From Candidatus Saccharimonadota bacterium (GTDB taxonomy: Archaea > Nanohalarchaeota > Nanosalinia > Nanosalinales > Nanosalinaceae): a DNA stretch of 32,000 nucleotides. Each line of letters starts with the position of its first letter. Positions within the stretch are counted from its first letter, which is position 1. The notes below the pieces were generated by a model that had not been told where the DNA came from, ran no database searches, and saw only the letters and a list, made by a program, of their open reading frames with translations. Position numbers and translations under genes: made by a program. The stretch spans positions 960,001-992,000 of the forward strand of contig NZ_CP107255.1 in the NCBI RefSeq assembly GCF_029232205.1, in the 5' to 3' direction. Positions 16,525 to 25,532 of the stretch are shown in pieces.

Positions 16525-16625
16525 ATAACTGAAAAATTCAGTTAGCAGATTCTGATGGTTCCGAAGAACCATCTCTTATAGAGAATTTTGATATAGAAGT
16601 TTTAAATGAAGAAGGCCTGATGGAG

Positions 16626-17168
16626 TCAGTAGTCTGAGTTCTCTCTTATTTTGTCGTACTGGGCTTTTCCAGAGTTTGTCTTGAAGTAGTCCTCGTATGT
16701 TTCCAGGAATTCTTCTAACATGTTTTCCTCTGTTTCCTGGTTGTATTTGGAGGCCTGCATCAGAGTGTCTAATTTGTCGGCTTCTTTGGCTACCTGGGCC
16801 TCTGCTGTCTCTCTTTCTCTCAATTCTTTGATCAAGGCCTCGAATTCAGGCCTTATTTCTGCAGGTACTTTTTGGTAGAGTTCTTCCAGTTTTTCTTCCT
16901 CGAATTGTTTTTTAGATGCGTATTCTTTGTCTTCTGGCGTATAGTCTGGTATGTAGGCCATTATGAGGTCGTGAATTAGAAGCATTTTGACGACTTTGTT
17001 AGAGTCTAGGCCTTCTTTTTCGGCAAGTATCCATCCGTTGATTGTTGCTCCTAGGGAGTGGGATGCAACGGTGTCTAGAGGTTTTTCGATATCTCTTTTC
17101 TGCCAGCCTTCTCTTTCCAGATGTTTTATTTCGTTGATGGCTTCAAAGAGCTGGTCTAAATTTTCCAT
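16626..17168 (-). CDS. HD-domain phosphohydrolase (YfbR/HDDC2-like 5'-nucleotidase family)
   Basis: LDTVASHSLGATINGW and LLIHDL match the H...HD metal-binding signature of the HD_3-type family. 180 aa. Confidence 0.75.
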   Translation of the reverse strand: MENLDQLFEAINEIKHLEREGWQKRDIEKPLDTVASHSLGATINGWILAEKEGLDSNKVVKMLLIHDLIMAYIPDYTPEDKEYASKKQFEEEKLEELYQKVPAEIRPEFEALIKELRERETAEAQVAKEADKLDTLMQASKYNQETEENMLEEFLETYEDYFKTNSGKAQYDKIRENSDY

Positions 17169-17191
17169 AGTTTAGTTCAGTTGAGAAATTT

Positions 17192-18160
17192 TTATTCCTG
17201 TTTCCATCTTTTTGGGTATGTTTCTGGATCCATATGGACTGAGTTGAGTGTGGCTGCGGTCTCTTCGGAGTCGTACATTTGTTCTGAGGTCATCTGGGCC
17301 TCTGCCAGTGCGATTAGCTCTCCTTTGAGCGTCATTATTGCTATTTGTTCTCCTTTTTCTATTCCGTCCTGTAGCTGGCTGATTCCTGCTGCTCCGAGGT
17401 CTGCTCCGTTGGCTATTGCGTTGACTGCGGAGTCTTTGACCACTACTTTTCTTAGGTGGTTCACTGCTTTTTCTATTGGATGAAGTACTTCTCTCAAGGC
17501 CTGTTCGTCGTCTTCTTCTGTGTAGAAGTGGTATGCATCGACTATATCCTGAAGTGTATCTGCGTCTTTTTCTGCTAGCTGGCCTTGCTGTGTTCTGCGG
17601 AGTTCCTGCATCTCTGCTTGTGTGTCGAGTTTTTCTCCGAGTTGTTTGATGAGTACGCGGACGTAGAATCCTGATTCGCATTTTACTCTTCCAAGAACTT
17701 CTTTCTCTGAGGCCTCTAGTAGTTCTATTTCGTATACTTCTCTTTCGCGTTCTTCTTTTTTGACTGCTGATTTTTCTGGCGGTGTCTGTTTGTTTGCGCC
17801 TTTGAATTCCTGCAGTGTTTCTCTGATTTCTTCTTCAGGTTTTTCTTCTTCTAGTTCTGCGAGAAATACGTATTCTTTGTCGGCCTGTGCGAGGGCGTTG
17901 TTTACTCTTGTTCCCTGGTTGAGGCCTACCGGAAGTGTTCCTGTGGCGTTCGGGTCTAGTGTGCCGAAGTGACCTGTCTTTTTGAGGTCGAGTTCTTCTT
18001 TTACCCAGTGGCTTACCTGGTTGCTTGTTGGGCCGAACGGTTTGTCTACTATGAAGAATCCTTTCTGGAGAAGCTCTTCGATACTTCTTTTTTCTGGTAG
18101 TGTGCCGTATTCTTCTGATGGCTCTGCTTTTTCTCTTGTGTACCAGGAAGCGTTCTCCAT
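17192..18160 (-). CDS. cbf5: tRNA/rRNA pseudouridine synthase Cbf5 (H/ACA RNP catalytic subunit, TruB family plus PUA domain)
   Basis: FIVDKPFGPTSNQVSHWVK...GHFGTLDPNATGTLPVGL contains the catalytic Asp motif. The C-terminal PUA-like stretch is VVVKDSAVNAIANGADL...GE.IAIMTLKGELIALA. Confidence 0.92.
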   Translation of the reverse strand: MENASWYTREKAEPSEEYGTLPEKRSIEELLQKGFFIVDKPFGPTSNQVSHWVKEELDLKKTGHFGTLDPNATGTLPVGLNQGTRVNNALAQADKEYVFLAELEEEKPEEEIRETLQEFKGANKQTPPEKSAVKKEEREREVYEIELLEASEKEVLGRVKCESGFYVRVLIKQLGEKLDTQAEMQELRRTQQGQLAEKDADTLQDIVDAYHFYTEEDDEQALREVLHPIEKAVNHLRKVVVKDSAVNAIANGADLGAAGISQLQDGIEKGEQIAIMTLKGELIALAEAQMTSEQMYDSEETAATLNSVHMDPETYPKRWKQE

Positions 18161-18253
18161 AACTGTTGTTTGTTAGGTTAGTTTTTTATCGGGAATTGCG
18201 TTTGAGAAGAAGTTGGATGGGAAATGAGGATATGAGGATAAAAACGTGGTTTT

Positions 18254-18967
18254 TTACTGGATGCCGAGTGCTGATCTGAAGATGTATGTTAGCGGCATTG
18301 TGACCAGTATGTAGAACATCAGCCAGTTGATTGTGTTACCTGCTAGCGGTATTGAGAACGGTAGATCTGCGAATTTTGCGTCGAGGTGCAGTGTCTGTGG
18401 TTCGCCGTTTGATGTGTCTACGCTTCGTATTTCCCAGTTTACTCCTGCTGCGTTTATGGATTGACCTATCTGTGCTGAATTATTGCTGGTTTCTACCGTG
18501 TTGTTGTAGTAGAATAGTTCTTCCTGTTTGTTTGCGAATTCTAGGTGGCCTGTGTACAGTGAGGAGTTTGTTGTGTTGTCTGCTGGGTTGAGTGCTACGT
18601 TTGGTGTGTATGTGTGGCCTAGCCATGGGAACATTACTGCTACGAAGATCATTGTTCCTATCATTGGTTTGAAGTTGAGCATCATGAATTTCTGGTTGAG
18701 CTTCATGGACTTGGACATGTGTTCCTTGGCCTTTTCCGAGTCGTTGTCTTTCTGGGCCTCCTTCATTTTTTCCTGGTGTTCGCTCATCTTCTCTTTGATT
18801 TCGTCGGCTTTCTCTATGTCTAGTAGTATCCAGTAGATTATTGAGAATAGGCCTGCTAGGCATGCTGAGAAGAATATCATTGACACGTACGGGCCCTGTG
18901 CCAGTACTGGGTTGAATAGCTGGTCCAGGAATGGGAATACTGTTGCTTTGAGTTGTACTAGTGCCAT
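18254..18967 (-). CDS. DUF106 / EMC3-TMCO1-like archaeal YidC-Oxa1 superfamily insertase candidate, with an enlarged extracytoplasmic loop
   Basis: TM1, then a charged coiled-coil (EKMSEHQEKMKEAQKD...MKLNQKFMMLNFKP), then TM2, a loop, then DLPFSIPLAGNTINWLMFYILV (TM3). It lies next to secY, as in many archaea. Confidence 0.7.
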   Translation of the reverse strand: MALVQLKATVFPFLDQLFNPVLAQGPYVSMIFFSACLAGLFSIIYWILLDIEKADEIKEKMSEHQEKMKEAQKDNDSEKAKEHMSKSMKLNQKFMMLNFKPMIGTMIFVAVMFPWLGHTYTPNVALNPADNTTNSSLYTGHLEFANKQEELFYYNNTVETSNNSAQIGQSINAAGVNWEIRSVDTSNGEPQTLHLDAKFADLPFSIPLAGNTINWLMFYILVTMPLTYIFRSALGIQ

Positions 18968-19030
18968 TTTTGGTTGCTCACTTCTGTTTTTGTTTTGTGG
19001 AAATTAAAGAGGAATGGAAAGGAAGATTTT

Positions 19031-20425
19031 TTATGATAGGAAGTCCTTCATTGCTGGGTGAAGTTCTTCCATGTGTTTCTGTGCCAGTTGTTCGTATAGC
19101 TGGTACAGGATCATGACTGTGAGCAGGATTCCTGTTCCTCCTCCTGCGGCCTGTGTCATGTTTGCGAGTGCTGCTAGTAGGCCTACTGAGAATCCTGATA
19201 GGACTGTTAGGCCTGGGATGTACCGGTTGAGTACTTTTTTGATTACTCTCTTGTCTTTTCTGAATCCTGGTACTTTCATTCCTGTGTTCTGGATCTGTGA
19301 TGCGACGCTGTCTGCGTCTTGGCCTGATGTTTTCATCCAGAAGATGCTGAATAGGATTGATCCGAATGCGTAGACTCCTATGTAGAAGAATATGTGGAAT
19401 ACATCTCCCAGTGTTACTCCTTGTAGTCCTGATGTGATCAGGCTTTGGAAGATTTGTACTGGTGCTTGTAGCATGTTGACTAGGCCTGATTGTGCTTGTC
19501 CTTGTGCGTTGAAGCATCCTAGTGGGCTGCAGCCGTCTGGACCTGCGAGTGTTGTTCCTACGATTTGTACGTTGGATATTAGTGCTGCTATGAGGATTAC
19601 TGGCATGTTTGATGTGTATAGGAATTTAAGCGGCCATTTTTGTCCGAATCCTCTTACGTTTCCGAATGTCAGCGGTATTTCTACTCGCATGCTTTGTAGG
19701 TATACTACTGCTGAGAATACTGCTATTGTGGAGAGTATTGGGATTAGTGATGTGATTTGCTGTGTTTGTGCGAATACGAACAGGTTACCTACCGGGTTTC
19801 CTCCTGTTGTCCAGAATAGTGTGTTTTCTGGTGTTACGAGTGGTGAGAGGATTGAGATGTAGACTTGTTTGGATACTCCTGCTGCGATGAATAGGCCTGT
19901 TCCTGATCCGAATCCCCATTTTTGGACTAGGTCGTCCATCATGATGATTAGCCATCCTCCTAGGCTGATCTGGCCTGCTAGGAGTAGGATTAGGAATGGG
20001 TCTCCTGCTACGTTTCCGAAGGTTCCTGATAGTACGTATCCGAATGCTTGTACGATTGTTAGGCCGTATGCTAGTAGTTTTTGTGCGGCCTGGAATTTTT
20101 GTTGTCCTTCCTGGTTGTTTGTGTTCCATGGGAGGAGTTCGGATCCTACCATCATCTGTAGTATGATTGATGCTGTTACGATCGGTCCAATTCCTAGCGT
20201 AATTATGGATCCGATCTGTGCTCCTAGAATTGTCTGGTATGTGGCAAGTGTCTGTAGTGCTTGTTGTACTGATGCTGCGTTGGCTCCGTATAGGTTGATG
20301 GAGCCGAGAATGAAGTATAGGACGAGGACTATGCCCGTCCAGGTCAGCATCTGCTTTAGTGATTGTTCTTTTTCTGGTTCTTTTACACTCGGCAGATAGC
20401 TTGCGGCCTGGACGATCCAAGACAT
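19031..20425 (-). CDS. secY: Preprotein translocase subunit SecY
   Basis: 464 aa with 10 hydrophobic helices. Conserved stretches include GIGPIVTASIILQ and GTGLFIAAGV. It sits directly downstream of uL15. Confidence 0.95.
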   Translation of the reverse strand: MSWIVQAASYLPSVKEPEKEQSLKQMLTWTGIVLVLYFILGSINLYGANAASVQQALQTLATYQTILGAQIGSIITLGIGPIVTASIILQMMVGSELLPWNTNNQEGQQKFQAAQKLLAYGLTIVQAFGYVLSGTFGNVAGDPFLILLLAGQISLGGWLIIMMDDLVQKWGFGSGTGLFIAAGVSKQVYISILSPLVTPENTLFWTTGGNPVGNLFVFAQTQQITSLIPILSTIAVFSAVVYLQSMRVEIPLTFGNVRGFGQKWPLKFLYTSNMPVILIAALISNVQIVGTTLAGPDGCSPLGCFNAQGQAQSGLVNMLQAPVQIFQSLITSGLQGVTLGDVFHIFFYIGVYAFGSILFSIFWMKTSGQDADSVASQIQNTGMKVPGFRKDKRVIKKVLNRYIPGLTVLSGFSVGLLAALANMTQAAGGGTGILLTVMILYQLYEQLAQKHMEELHPAMKDFLS

Positions 20426-20429
20426 TTTC

Positions 20430-20855
20430 TTATTCCTCTACGGCTTCCTGTCCTGCTTCTTCGATCTTTCTTTTTGCGGAGTCGGAGAATTCTTCTGCGT
20501 GGACTTCGATGTCTTTGAAGAGTTTTCCTCCTCCTAGGACTTTGTCGTATCCTGCTTCGTCGGCGTGGAAGATGTATCCATCGTCTGTTTCTTCTGCTAC
20601 TCCTGCTTCGACGAATTCCTCGATTCTTTGATCGATGTCTTTGAGGTTGATTCCGTTCTGTTCTCTGGAGTCGTGTGGAGTGAATCCTTCTTCTCCTAGC
20701 TGGTGGACTCCGTCTTTGGTCATTTTTTCGTGCTTTGCTTTCTTTCCGATTCCTGCTTGTCCTCTTCCTCCGCGGCTGCCTGCTCCTCTGTTTTTCTTGG
20801 AGCTTCCGTAGCCGTTGCTGCCGGACTTTTTCTTCTTGGATCTTCTCTTTGTCAT
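20430..20855 (-). CDS. rpl15: 50S ribosomal protein uL15
   Basis: Gly/Arg-rich N-terminus RGAGSRGGRGQAGIGKKAKH and operon position. Confidence 0.9.
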   Translation of the reverse strand: MTKRRSKKKKSGSNGYGSSKKNRGAGSRGGRGQAGIGKKAKHEKMTKDGVHQLGEEGFTPHDSREQNGINLKDIDQRIEEFVEAGVAEETDDGYIFHADEAGYDKVLGGGKLFKDIEVHAEEFSDSAKRKIEEAGQEAVEE

Positions 20856-20892
20856 TTGTTTAGTTCACCTGGAAAATTTTGAGAAAGGGTTT

Positions 20893-21240
20893 TTACACCA
20901 TTTTCTCGATTAGGTTATCTAGGTTTTCTCTTTTGCCTAGGCTTCCGCCTTGGTTTACATTTTTCTTTGTATCCTTATAACCTCTGCTTGGTGGCGATAG
21001 GTTGATGACGTCGCCTGATTCGATTTCTGATCCTTTTCTTTCTTCAAGCAGTTCTAGTGTTTCTTCGGATACTTCGCCGTATGTGATGTAGTCTTTGGCT
21101 TTGTTGAACATTCCTTTGATTGATTCTGTGTCTTCATAGACTACACACTGGTTTCTTCTGTGAAGGTTGACGTTTTGCAGTGTTGCGCTTACTTTGTCGC
21201 TTGCGTCTACGTCTCCTCTTATTCTGATTGCTGCGATCAC
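20893..21240 (-). CDS. rpl30: 50S ribosomal protein uL30
   Basis: IAAIRIRGDVDAS..V..TL..L.L.R.N matches the L30 fold motif. The GTG start overlaps the uS5 stop (GTGA). Confidence 0.88.
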   Translation of the reverse strand: MIAAIRIRGDVDASDKVSATLQNVNLHRRNQCVVYEDTESIKGMFNKAKDYITYGEVSEETLELLEERKGSEIESGDVINLSPPSRGYKDTKKNVNQGGSLGKRENLDNLIEKMV

Positions 21241-21908
21241 TGTTCTTCACCGTTGTGCTGGTATTCTGAGAGTTTTTCCAGTGCATTGAAAGTTGCTCTG
21301 ATCAGGTTCTCTCTTGTTCTTGTGCTTCCTCTGGAGCTTACCCAGACGTTTTCGATTCCTGCTAGTTCCATTACTTTCTTGACATCGTCTGATGCGACGA
21401 GGCCTGTTCCTCTTGGTGCAGGTTTGAGTTCTACTGTTACTGAACCTGATTTTCCTTCTACTTTGAATGGGATGGAGGCCTTGTGGTCTCCTTTGTCTTC
21501 CCATGAGCCGTTTCCTCTTGGTACTTTGATGAGGTTGAGTTTTGCGTTTCTGTTTGCGTCGTCGATTGCGGCTCTGGTGTCTTCTGCTTCTCCCATTCCG
21601 AGGCCGATTACTCCGTTTCTGTTTCCTAGTACTGTCATTGCGTTGCTGGAGTATCTTGCTCCGGATTTGTGCATTCTTGCTGTTCTTTTGGAGACTGTTC
21701 TTCTTTTTCCGCCTCCTTTTCCTGGTGTTCCTCCGATTAGCATTACTTCTTCGTTGAGGTCGGTTAGCTGGTCGACGATTTCTGGCTCCATGATCGGTCT
21801 TTCGTGGCCCAGGGCCTGTTCAATTGTTGTGATCTGGCCGTTTGCCACTGCTCTACCGAGCTTTGTCTTTGGAGTCCAGATTTCTTCTTCCATTTCTTGT
21901 TCTGCCAT
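21237..21908 (-). CDS. rps5: 30S ribosomal protein uS5
   Basis: WTPKTKLGRAV..G.I, then VLGNRNGVIGLGMGEAEDT..AI..A..NAKLNLIKV. Confidence 0.93.
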   Translation of the reverse strand: MAEQEMEEEIWTPKTKLGRAVANGQITTIEQALGHERPIMEPEIVDQLTDLNEEVMLIGGTPGKGGGKRRTVSKRTARMHKSGARYSSNAMTVLGNRNGVIGLGMGEAEDTRAAIDDANRNAKLNLIKVPRGNGSWEDKGDHKASIPFKVEGKSGSVTVELKPAPRGTGLVASDDVKKVMELAGIENVWVSSRGSTRTRENLIRATFNALEKLSEYQHNGEEQ

Positions 21909-22417
21909 TAGTAGTCACCTTCGATGTTTTCTTTGACTTCTTCAAAGTTTTCTGTGATGTTTGAGTCTTCTTTCATTTCCTCGATGTGTTCTCCTCTGAT
22001 TCTTCCTTCTTCTGGGAAAACTTTCTCTCCTGCAGGTACTTCGAGGCCTGCGTCTCTCATTCCTTTGACTGCTGCGAAGATCCGGCCGCCTGTTTTCTGT
22101 TCTCTGAGGCCTATGTCGAGGATTGCTTCTTCTGAGTCGGCTTTTTTGGCTGCCAGGTATCCTGTTAGGTATGCTGCTGGCAGGTTGCCTGTGTTGTGTT
22201 CCCAGCCGTACTCTTTGAGTTCCTTGCTTAGTGTCTGTGCTTCGTTTTCGTCTCCGTCCTTGTTGTAGTGTGCAAGGTGTGCTCGTGTGTGCTGGTTGCT
22301 GGTTCTTACTACTGCTCTTGGTTTTCCTGATTTAACCAGCTTCAGTCGCTGTTCGTAATCTGTTTTCTGTTCTCTTCTTCTTCTGAATGGTACTTTGTAG
22401 TTTGATGTCTCTGCCAT
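21908..22417 (-). CDS. rpl18: 50S ribosomal protein uL18
   Basis: FRRRREQKTDYEQRLKLVKSGKPRAVVRTSN. Confidence 0.93.
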   Translation of the reverse strand: MAETSNYKVPFRRRREQKTDYEQRLKLVKSGKPRAVVRTSNQHTRAHLAHYNKDGDENEAQTLSKELKEYGWEHNTGNLPAAYLTGYLAAKKADSEEAILDIGLREQKTGGRIFAAVKGMRDAGLEVPAGEKVFPEEGRIRGEHIEEMKEDSNITENFEEVKENIEGDY

Positions 22418-22424
22418 ATGTTTA

Positions 22425-22865
22425 TCACTCCATTTTGTTTTCTACGTAGTTTTTGAGGTGTTTTGTGTCTCTGAAGAATCCTCCCTTTGCTCTGTCGTAC
22501 AGGTTACGGTATTGTTCCTGTGTAATTTCTTCTTCGTCTCTCATTTCTTTGAGCTCGGATCGGATTGCTCTGATGTTTTCCATCCATTTGTCTTTGGATG
22601 ATTTACGGGCTGTTTTCTTTCCTTGTCTTCGGCCCTGACCTTTTCTTCGGCCTTTTTGTTTCTGTTTCTTTTTCTTTCGTGCTCGGCCTTTGCTTGTTCC
22701 TTTGACGTCTTTCTTCTGGATTGTTCCTCCTTCGATCAGGTTTCTGATGTCGTTTCTTGTGATTGCTTCGTCTACTTTTTCCTGGTTGTCAGGGTCGATC
22801 CATACTCTGTCTTTTCCGACGTCCATGATGTCTGCGGCCATTCTTCTCTGGTTCTTTAGGTCCAT
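22425..22865 (-). CDS. rpl19e: 50S ribosomal protein eL19
   Basis: MDLKNQRRMAADIMDVGKDRVWIDP, followed by a basic middle region. Confidence 0.93.
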   Translation of the reverse strand: MDLKNQRRMAADIMDVGKDRVWIDPDNQEKVDEAITRNDIRNLIEGGTIQKKDVKGTSKGRARKKKKQKQKGRRKGQGRRQGKKTARKSSKDKWMENIRAIRSELKEMRDEEEITQEQYRNLYDRAKGGFFRDTKHLKNYVENKME

Positions 22866-23201
22866 TTACTGGTCACCTCTGTTCAGTACTTTGATTTCGA
22901 GGTCGTCTGCTTTTTCGAGTATCTGTTCTCTTTTTCGGCCTCCTACTGTGGAGCCGATTCTTGCAGCTTCTGTTTCAGGATCTACTTCTTCTAGGTCATC
23001 TGTGTTGTGTACCATTACTTCTTCGTATCCTGATGGGTGTTTTCCGCGGTCTTCTTTAGGTGTTCTGTATCCTACCTTTGGAAGTTTCTGTGCGCTTTTT
23101 TTCTGTAGTCTTGCGTTGGAGTGGCCTCCGATAGGCTTTCTCCATGAGCTCTTTACTCTCTTTCTTTTGTGTGTTTCCTGTCTTTTGAAGTCTTTACTCA
23201 C
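22866..23201 (-). CDS. rpl32e: 50S ribosomal protein eL32
   Basis: RQETHKRKRVKSSWRKPIGGHSNAR. GTG start, overlapping the uL6 end by 8 nt. Confidence 0.9.
   Translation of the reverse strand: MSKDFKRQETHKRKRVKSSWRKPIGGHSNARLQKKSAQKLPKVGYRTPKEDRGKHPSGYEEVMVHNTDDLEEVDPETEAARIGSTVGGRKREQILEKADDLEIKVLNRGDQ
22871..22879 (-). promoter_or_regulatory. Shine-Dalgarno GAGGTGACC for eL19, embedded in the last codons of eL32 (R-G-D-Q-stop)
   Basis: Minus strand reads AGA GGT GAC CAG TAA ATG. Confidence 0.7.
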
Positions 23202-23727
23202 TGCGGGTCACCTCTGTGATGTAGATTCCATCCTGGAATGTTCTTGGATCGCGGTTTCCTTTACGGGATAGTTGTTCGATCCGTGCTGCTGTCTGGCTTA
23301 CTTTGTCTTTGTTCGGGCCTTTTACTGTTACTTCGTCTCCGTCTACCTGGACGTCTACGCCTTCCATGATTTCTGCTCTTCTTGGGAATCTTTCTCCCAT
23401 GAAGTTTTCGACTACTACTTCGTCGCCTTCTTTCTTGATTGTCATTGGGAAGTGTGCGTATACTCCTTTTAGTTTGTAGACGTGTGCGTTTTCTAGGCCT
23501 TCTGCCATGTTTTGTAGGTGTGATCTGTAGGTTTTTGCTACTGAGATAATGTTTTTCTTGTCTCTCAGTGCTGTGAATGTTACTGTTTCTCCGTCGATGT
23601 CTACTTCTACTAGGGAGTGCTGGATTTGTTTCTCTGTTTCTTCTCCGTTTCCTTCTACCTTTAGGACTCCGTCGCTGTATTCTGCGTTGAATCCTTCTGG
23701 TAGTTCGTATGTTAGTTTTTCTGTCAT
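23194..23727 (-). CDS. rpl6: 50S ribosomal protein uL6
   Basis: Two-domain L6 pattern (VEVDIDGETVTFT...VKGPNKDKVSQTAARIEQL) and operon position. Confidence 0.93.
   Translation of the reverse strand: MTEKLTYELPEGFNAEYSDGVLKVEGNGEETEKQIQHSLVEVDIDGETVTFTALRDKKNIISVAKTYRSHLQNMAEGLENAHVYKLKGVYAHFPMTIKKEGDEVVVENFMGERFPRRAEIMEGVDVQVDGDEVTVKGPNKDKVSQTAARIEQLSRKGNRDPRTFQDGIYITEVTRSE
23206..23214 (-). promoter_or_regulatory. Shine-Dalgarno GAGGTGACC for eL32, embedded in the uL6 C-terminus (E-V-T-R-S-E-stop)
   Basis: Minus strand reads GAG GTG ACC CGC A-GTG. The GTG start lies 4 nt downstream. Confidence 0.7.
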
Positions 23728-23739
23728 TTTTCACTCACC

Positions 23740-24129
23740 TTAGTAGACGTATCCTAGTAGTTTTCCGCCGATTCCTTCTTCGCGGGCCTCGTAGTGTGTC
23801 ATGAGGCCGTGGCTTGTTGTTACCAGTAGTTCTCCGAATCCTTGGGCTGGTAGGTATCTTTTTGCCCATTTGCTGTATTCTTCGTTTTGGACTGAGAACC
23901 GTGGTTTTACGGATTGGCATTCGTTGATGTGGTTTTTGACTTCGACTCGGAATTTGCCTCCTTGTCCGTCTTCTACGTATTCGAATACTCCTATGTATTC
24001 TAGTTCTTGTAGTTTGAGCAGTAGGTTTTTGACCAGGTTGCTGGTTGGGCTGATTGTTGCGTATTTGTTGCCCGCGTCTACTGCGTTGTTGATGGAGGAC
24101 ATTGCGTCGCTGAATGTATCTTGCTGCAT
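23740..24129 (-). CDS. rps8: 30S ribosomal protein uS8
   Basis: MQQDTFSDAMSSINNA....ISPTSNL...LL.LQ..EYI. The ORF track starts at GTG 24141, but that GTG lies inside a TAGGTGAC Shine-Dalgarno. The ATG at 24129, 8 nt downstream, is more likely. Confidence 0.9.
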   Translation of the reverse strand: MQQDTFSDAMSSINNAVDAGNKYATISPTSNLVKNLLLKLQELEYIGVFEYVEDGQGGKFRVEVKNHINECQSVKPRFSVQNEEYSKWAKRYLPAQGFGELLVTTSHGLMTHYEAREEGIGGKLLGYVY

Positions 24130-24141
24130 TTTCTTTGTCAC

Positions 24142-24366
24142 CTAGTTGAGTTGTTTGAATCCGAGTTCTTCTGCGATTTCACGGAAGCATTGTCTGCAGT
24201 AGTTGAGTTCGTACTTGCTGATTACTCCTCTTCCTGTTCTTCCGCATCTTCTGCATTCTTTCTTGGATTTTCCGTAGTCTCTGTGTTTTGGAGCGTTGTG
24301 TTTTTCGAATTTCTGTCTTTTTCCTTTCTTGTGTTTGATTTGTTCGAGTACTGCTTCGTAGCTCAT
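24142..24366 (-). CDS. rps14: 30S ribosomal protein uS14 (zinc-binding type)
   Basis: [26 protein letters not shown] has CxxC...CxxC. Confidence 0.92.
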   Translation of the reverse strand: MSYEAVLEQIKHKKGKRQKFEKHNAPKHRDYGKSKKECRRCGRTGRGVISKYELNYCRQCFREIAEELGFKQLN

Positions 24367-24876
24367 TTATTGGGTCACCTCGGCTCCAAGTTCTTCTTCG
24401 ACGAATTCTTGGGCGTCTTCGTCATCGACTTTGTGGTCTTTTCCTATTTCTCTTGGTTTGTGGTCTCTTCTTTTGGTTCGGTATCCTGGTCTTTCCAGGT
24501 TGACTACTACTTCAAATCCTTTCATGCCGATATCGGCGTCGTAGTCCATTCCGGGTACGTCGATGTATTCTCCGATTCCGAATGCGAAGTTTCCGTTTCC
24601 GTCGAATGCTTCTGCAGAGATCTGGTTGTCTGCTGCAGGTAGTACTTTTTCTAGGAATTCTCTTGCTTCTTCTCCTCTTAGTGTTACTTTTGCTCCAATG
24701 TTGAGGCCTTCTCTTAGGCCGAATGTTTTGGATGCGTCTTTTGAGGAGGTTCTGACTGGCTGTTTTCCTGTTAGTTTTTCGAGTAGGGTGAATCCTTTTT
24801 CTACTTGGTCTCCTACTTCGCCAGCAGATGTGTTTACTGTTACTTTTGCGATTTCTATCTGCTTCATTTCGTTCAT
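24367..24876 (-). CDS. rpl5: 50S ribosomal protein uL5
   Basis: IEIAKVTVNTSAGE...FGIGEYIDVPGMDYD, and operon position. Confidence 0.93.
   Translation of the reverse strand: MNEMKQIEIAKVTVNTSAGEVGDQVEKGFTLLEKLTGKQPVRTSSKDASKTFGLREGLNIGAKVTLRGEEAREFLEKVLPAADNQISAEAFDGNGNFAFGIGEYIDVPGMDYDADIGMKGFEVVVNLERPGYRTKRRDHKPREIGKDHKVDDEDAQEFVEEELGAEVTQ
24373..24381 (-). promoter_or_regulatory. Shine-Dalgarno GAGGTGACC for uS14, embedded in the uL5 C-terminus (E-V-T-Q-stop)
   Basis: Minus strand reads GCC GAG GTG ACC CAA TAA ATG. Confidence 0.7.
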
Positions 24877-25532
24877 TATTCTGTCACCTTGACGTCTTCG
24901 ATTGCTACAACGTTTTCAAGCCGTGTCTGGAATTCACGGTCATCTTCTTTGACTGTAGCTGTTGAGGTTTTGAGGCCGCTTCTGTTGATTTCTGTTAGTT
25001 CTGCAGTTTCTCCTGCATGTTGGCCTCCTGTGATCAGTACTTCTGCTCCTTCTTCTAGAGGTACTTCTTTGACTCCTCCGTTGAAGATTAGAGAGCTTTG
25101 AACGCTGAATTCGTCCTTGGTCCTGTAGTTTTCTCCGTTGTGGAGGTTGTAGACGTATTCGTCGCCCTGTGCTTCTTTTCCTGTTACTTTGGCTAGGACT
25201 TTGTCATCCTGTACAGGGATGAATTTGAGGCCTTTTGTGTCTTTGACGATTCTGTATGTTTCTTCTAGGCCTTCTACTTTGACTACGTCTAGTACTCCTA
25301 GTCCTTCTTTGACGTCTCTTACTGTGTTGTCGTTTCTCTGGACTTTTCCGTCGTTGACTATTTTTTTGGCTTCGCTGACTGAGTCTGCGTAGCCTAGTAC
25401 GTCTCTAAGGAATAGTGCTGTTGGAATTGCTTGGTCTTTGCTTCTTGATCCTTTGAGTTCTACTACGTATGAGTTGTTTTTCCTGTTGATTGGGTAGTGT
25501 TTTGGTGCTGATAGTCGTTTTTGGAATCCCAT
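24876..25532 (-). CDS. rps4e: 30S ribosomal protein eS4
   Basis: GFQKRLSAPKHYPINRKNNSYVV....SR.KD.AIP. Confidence 0.93.
   Translation of the reverse strand: MGFQKRLSAPKHYPINRKNNSYVVELKGSRSKDQAIPTALFLRDVLGYADSVSEAKKIVNDGKVQRNDNTVRDVKEGLGVLDVVKVEGLEETYRIVKDTKGLKFIPVQDDKVLAKVTGKEAQGDEYVYNLHNGENYRTKDEFSVQSSLIFNGGVKEVPLEEGAEVLITGGQHAGETAELTEINRSGLKTSTATVKEDDREFQTRLENVVAIEDVKVTE

Noticed and set aside
16180-16572. 130-aa minus-strand ORF spanning the tRNA-Ser locus
   Set aside because: It runs straight through a well-folding tRNA gene and the end of the small membrane-protein gene. This is a typical spurious ORF.
17172-17681. Long Arg/Ser/Pro/Thr-rich ORFs overlapping known genes out of frame or antisense. 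Examples: 17172..17681, 18480..18863, 18978..19517, 19785..20420, 21160..21936, 23261..23734, 25405..25641, 25521..26222, 30244..30606, 30661..31170, 31041..31718.
   Set aside because: They overlap confidently identified conserved genes (cbf5, the DUF106 homolog, secY and ribosomal proteins). Their low-complexity composition is what you expect when purine-rich, GAA/GAG/AAG-rich coding sequence is read in other frames. No independent start signals were seen.
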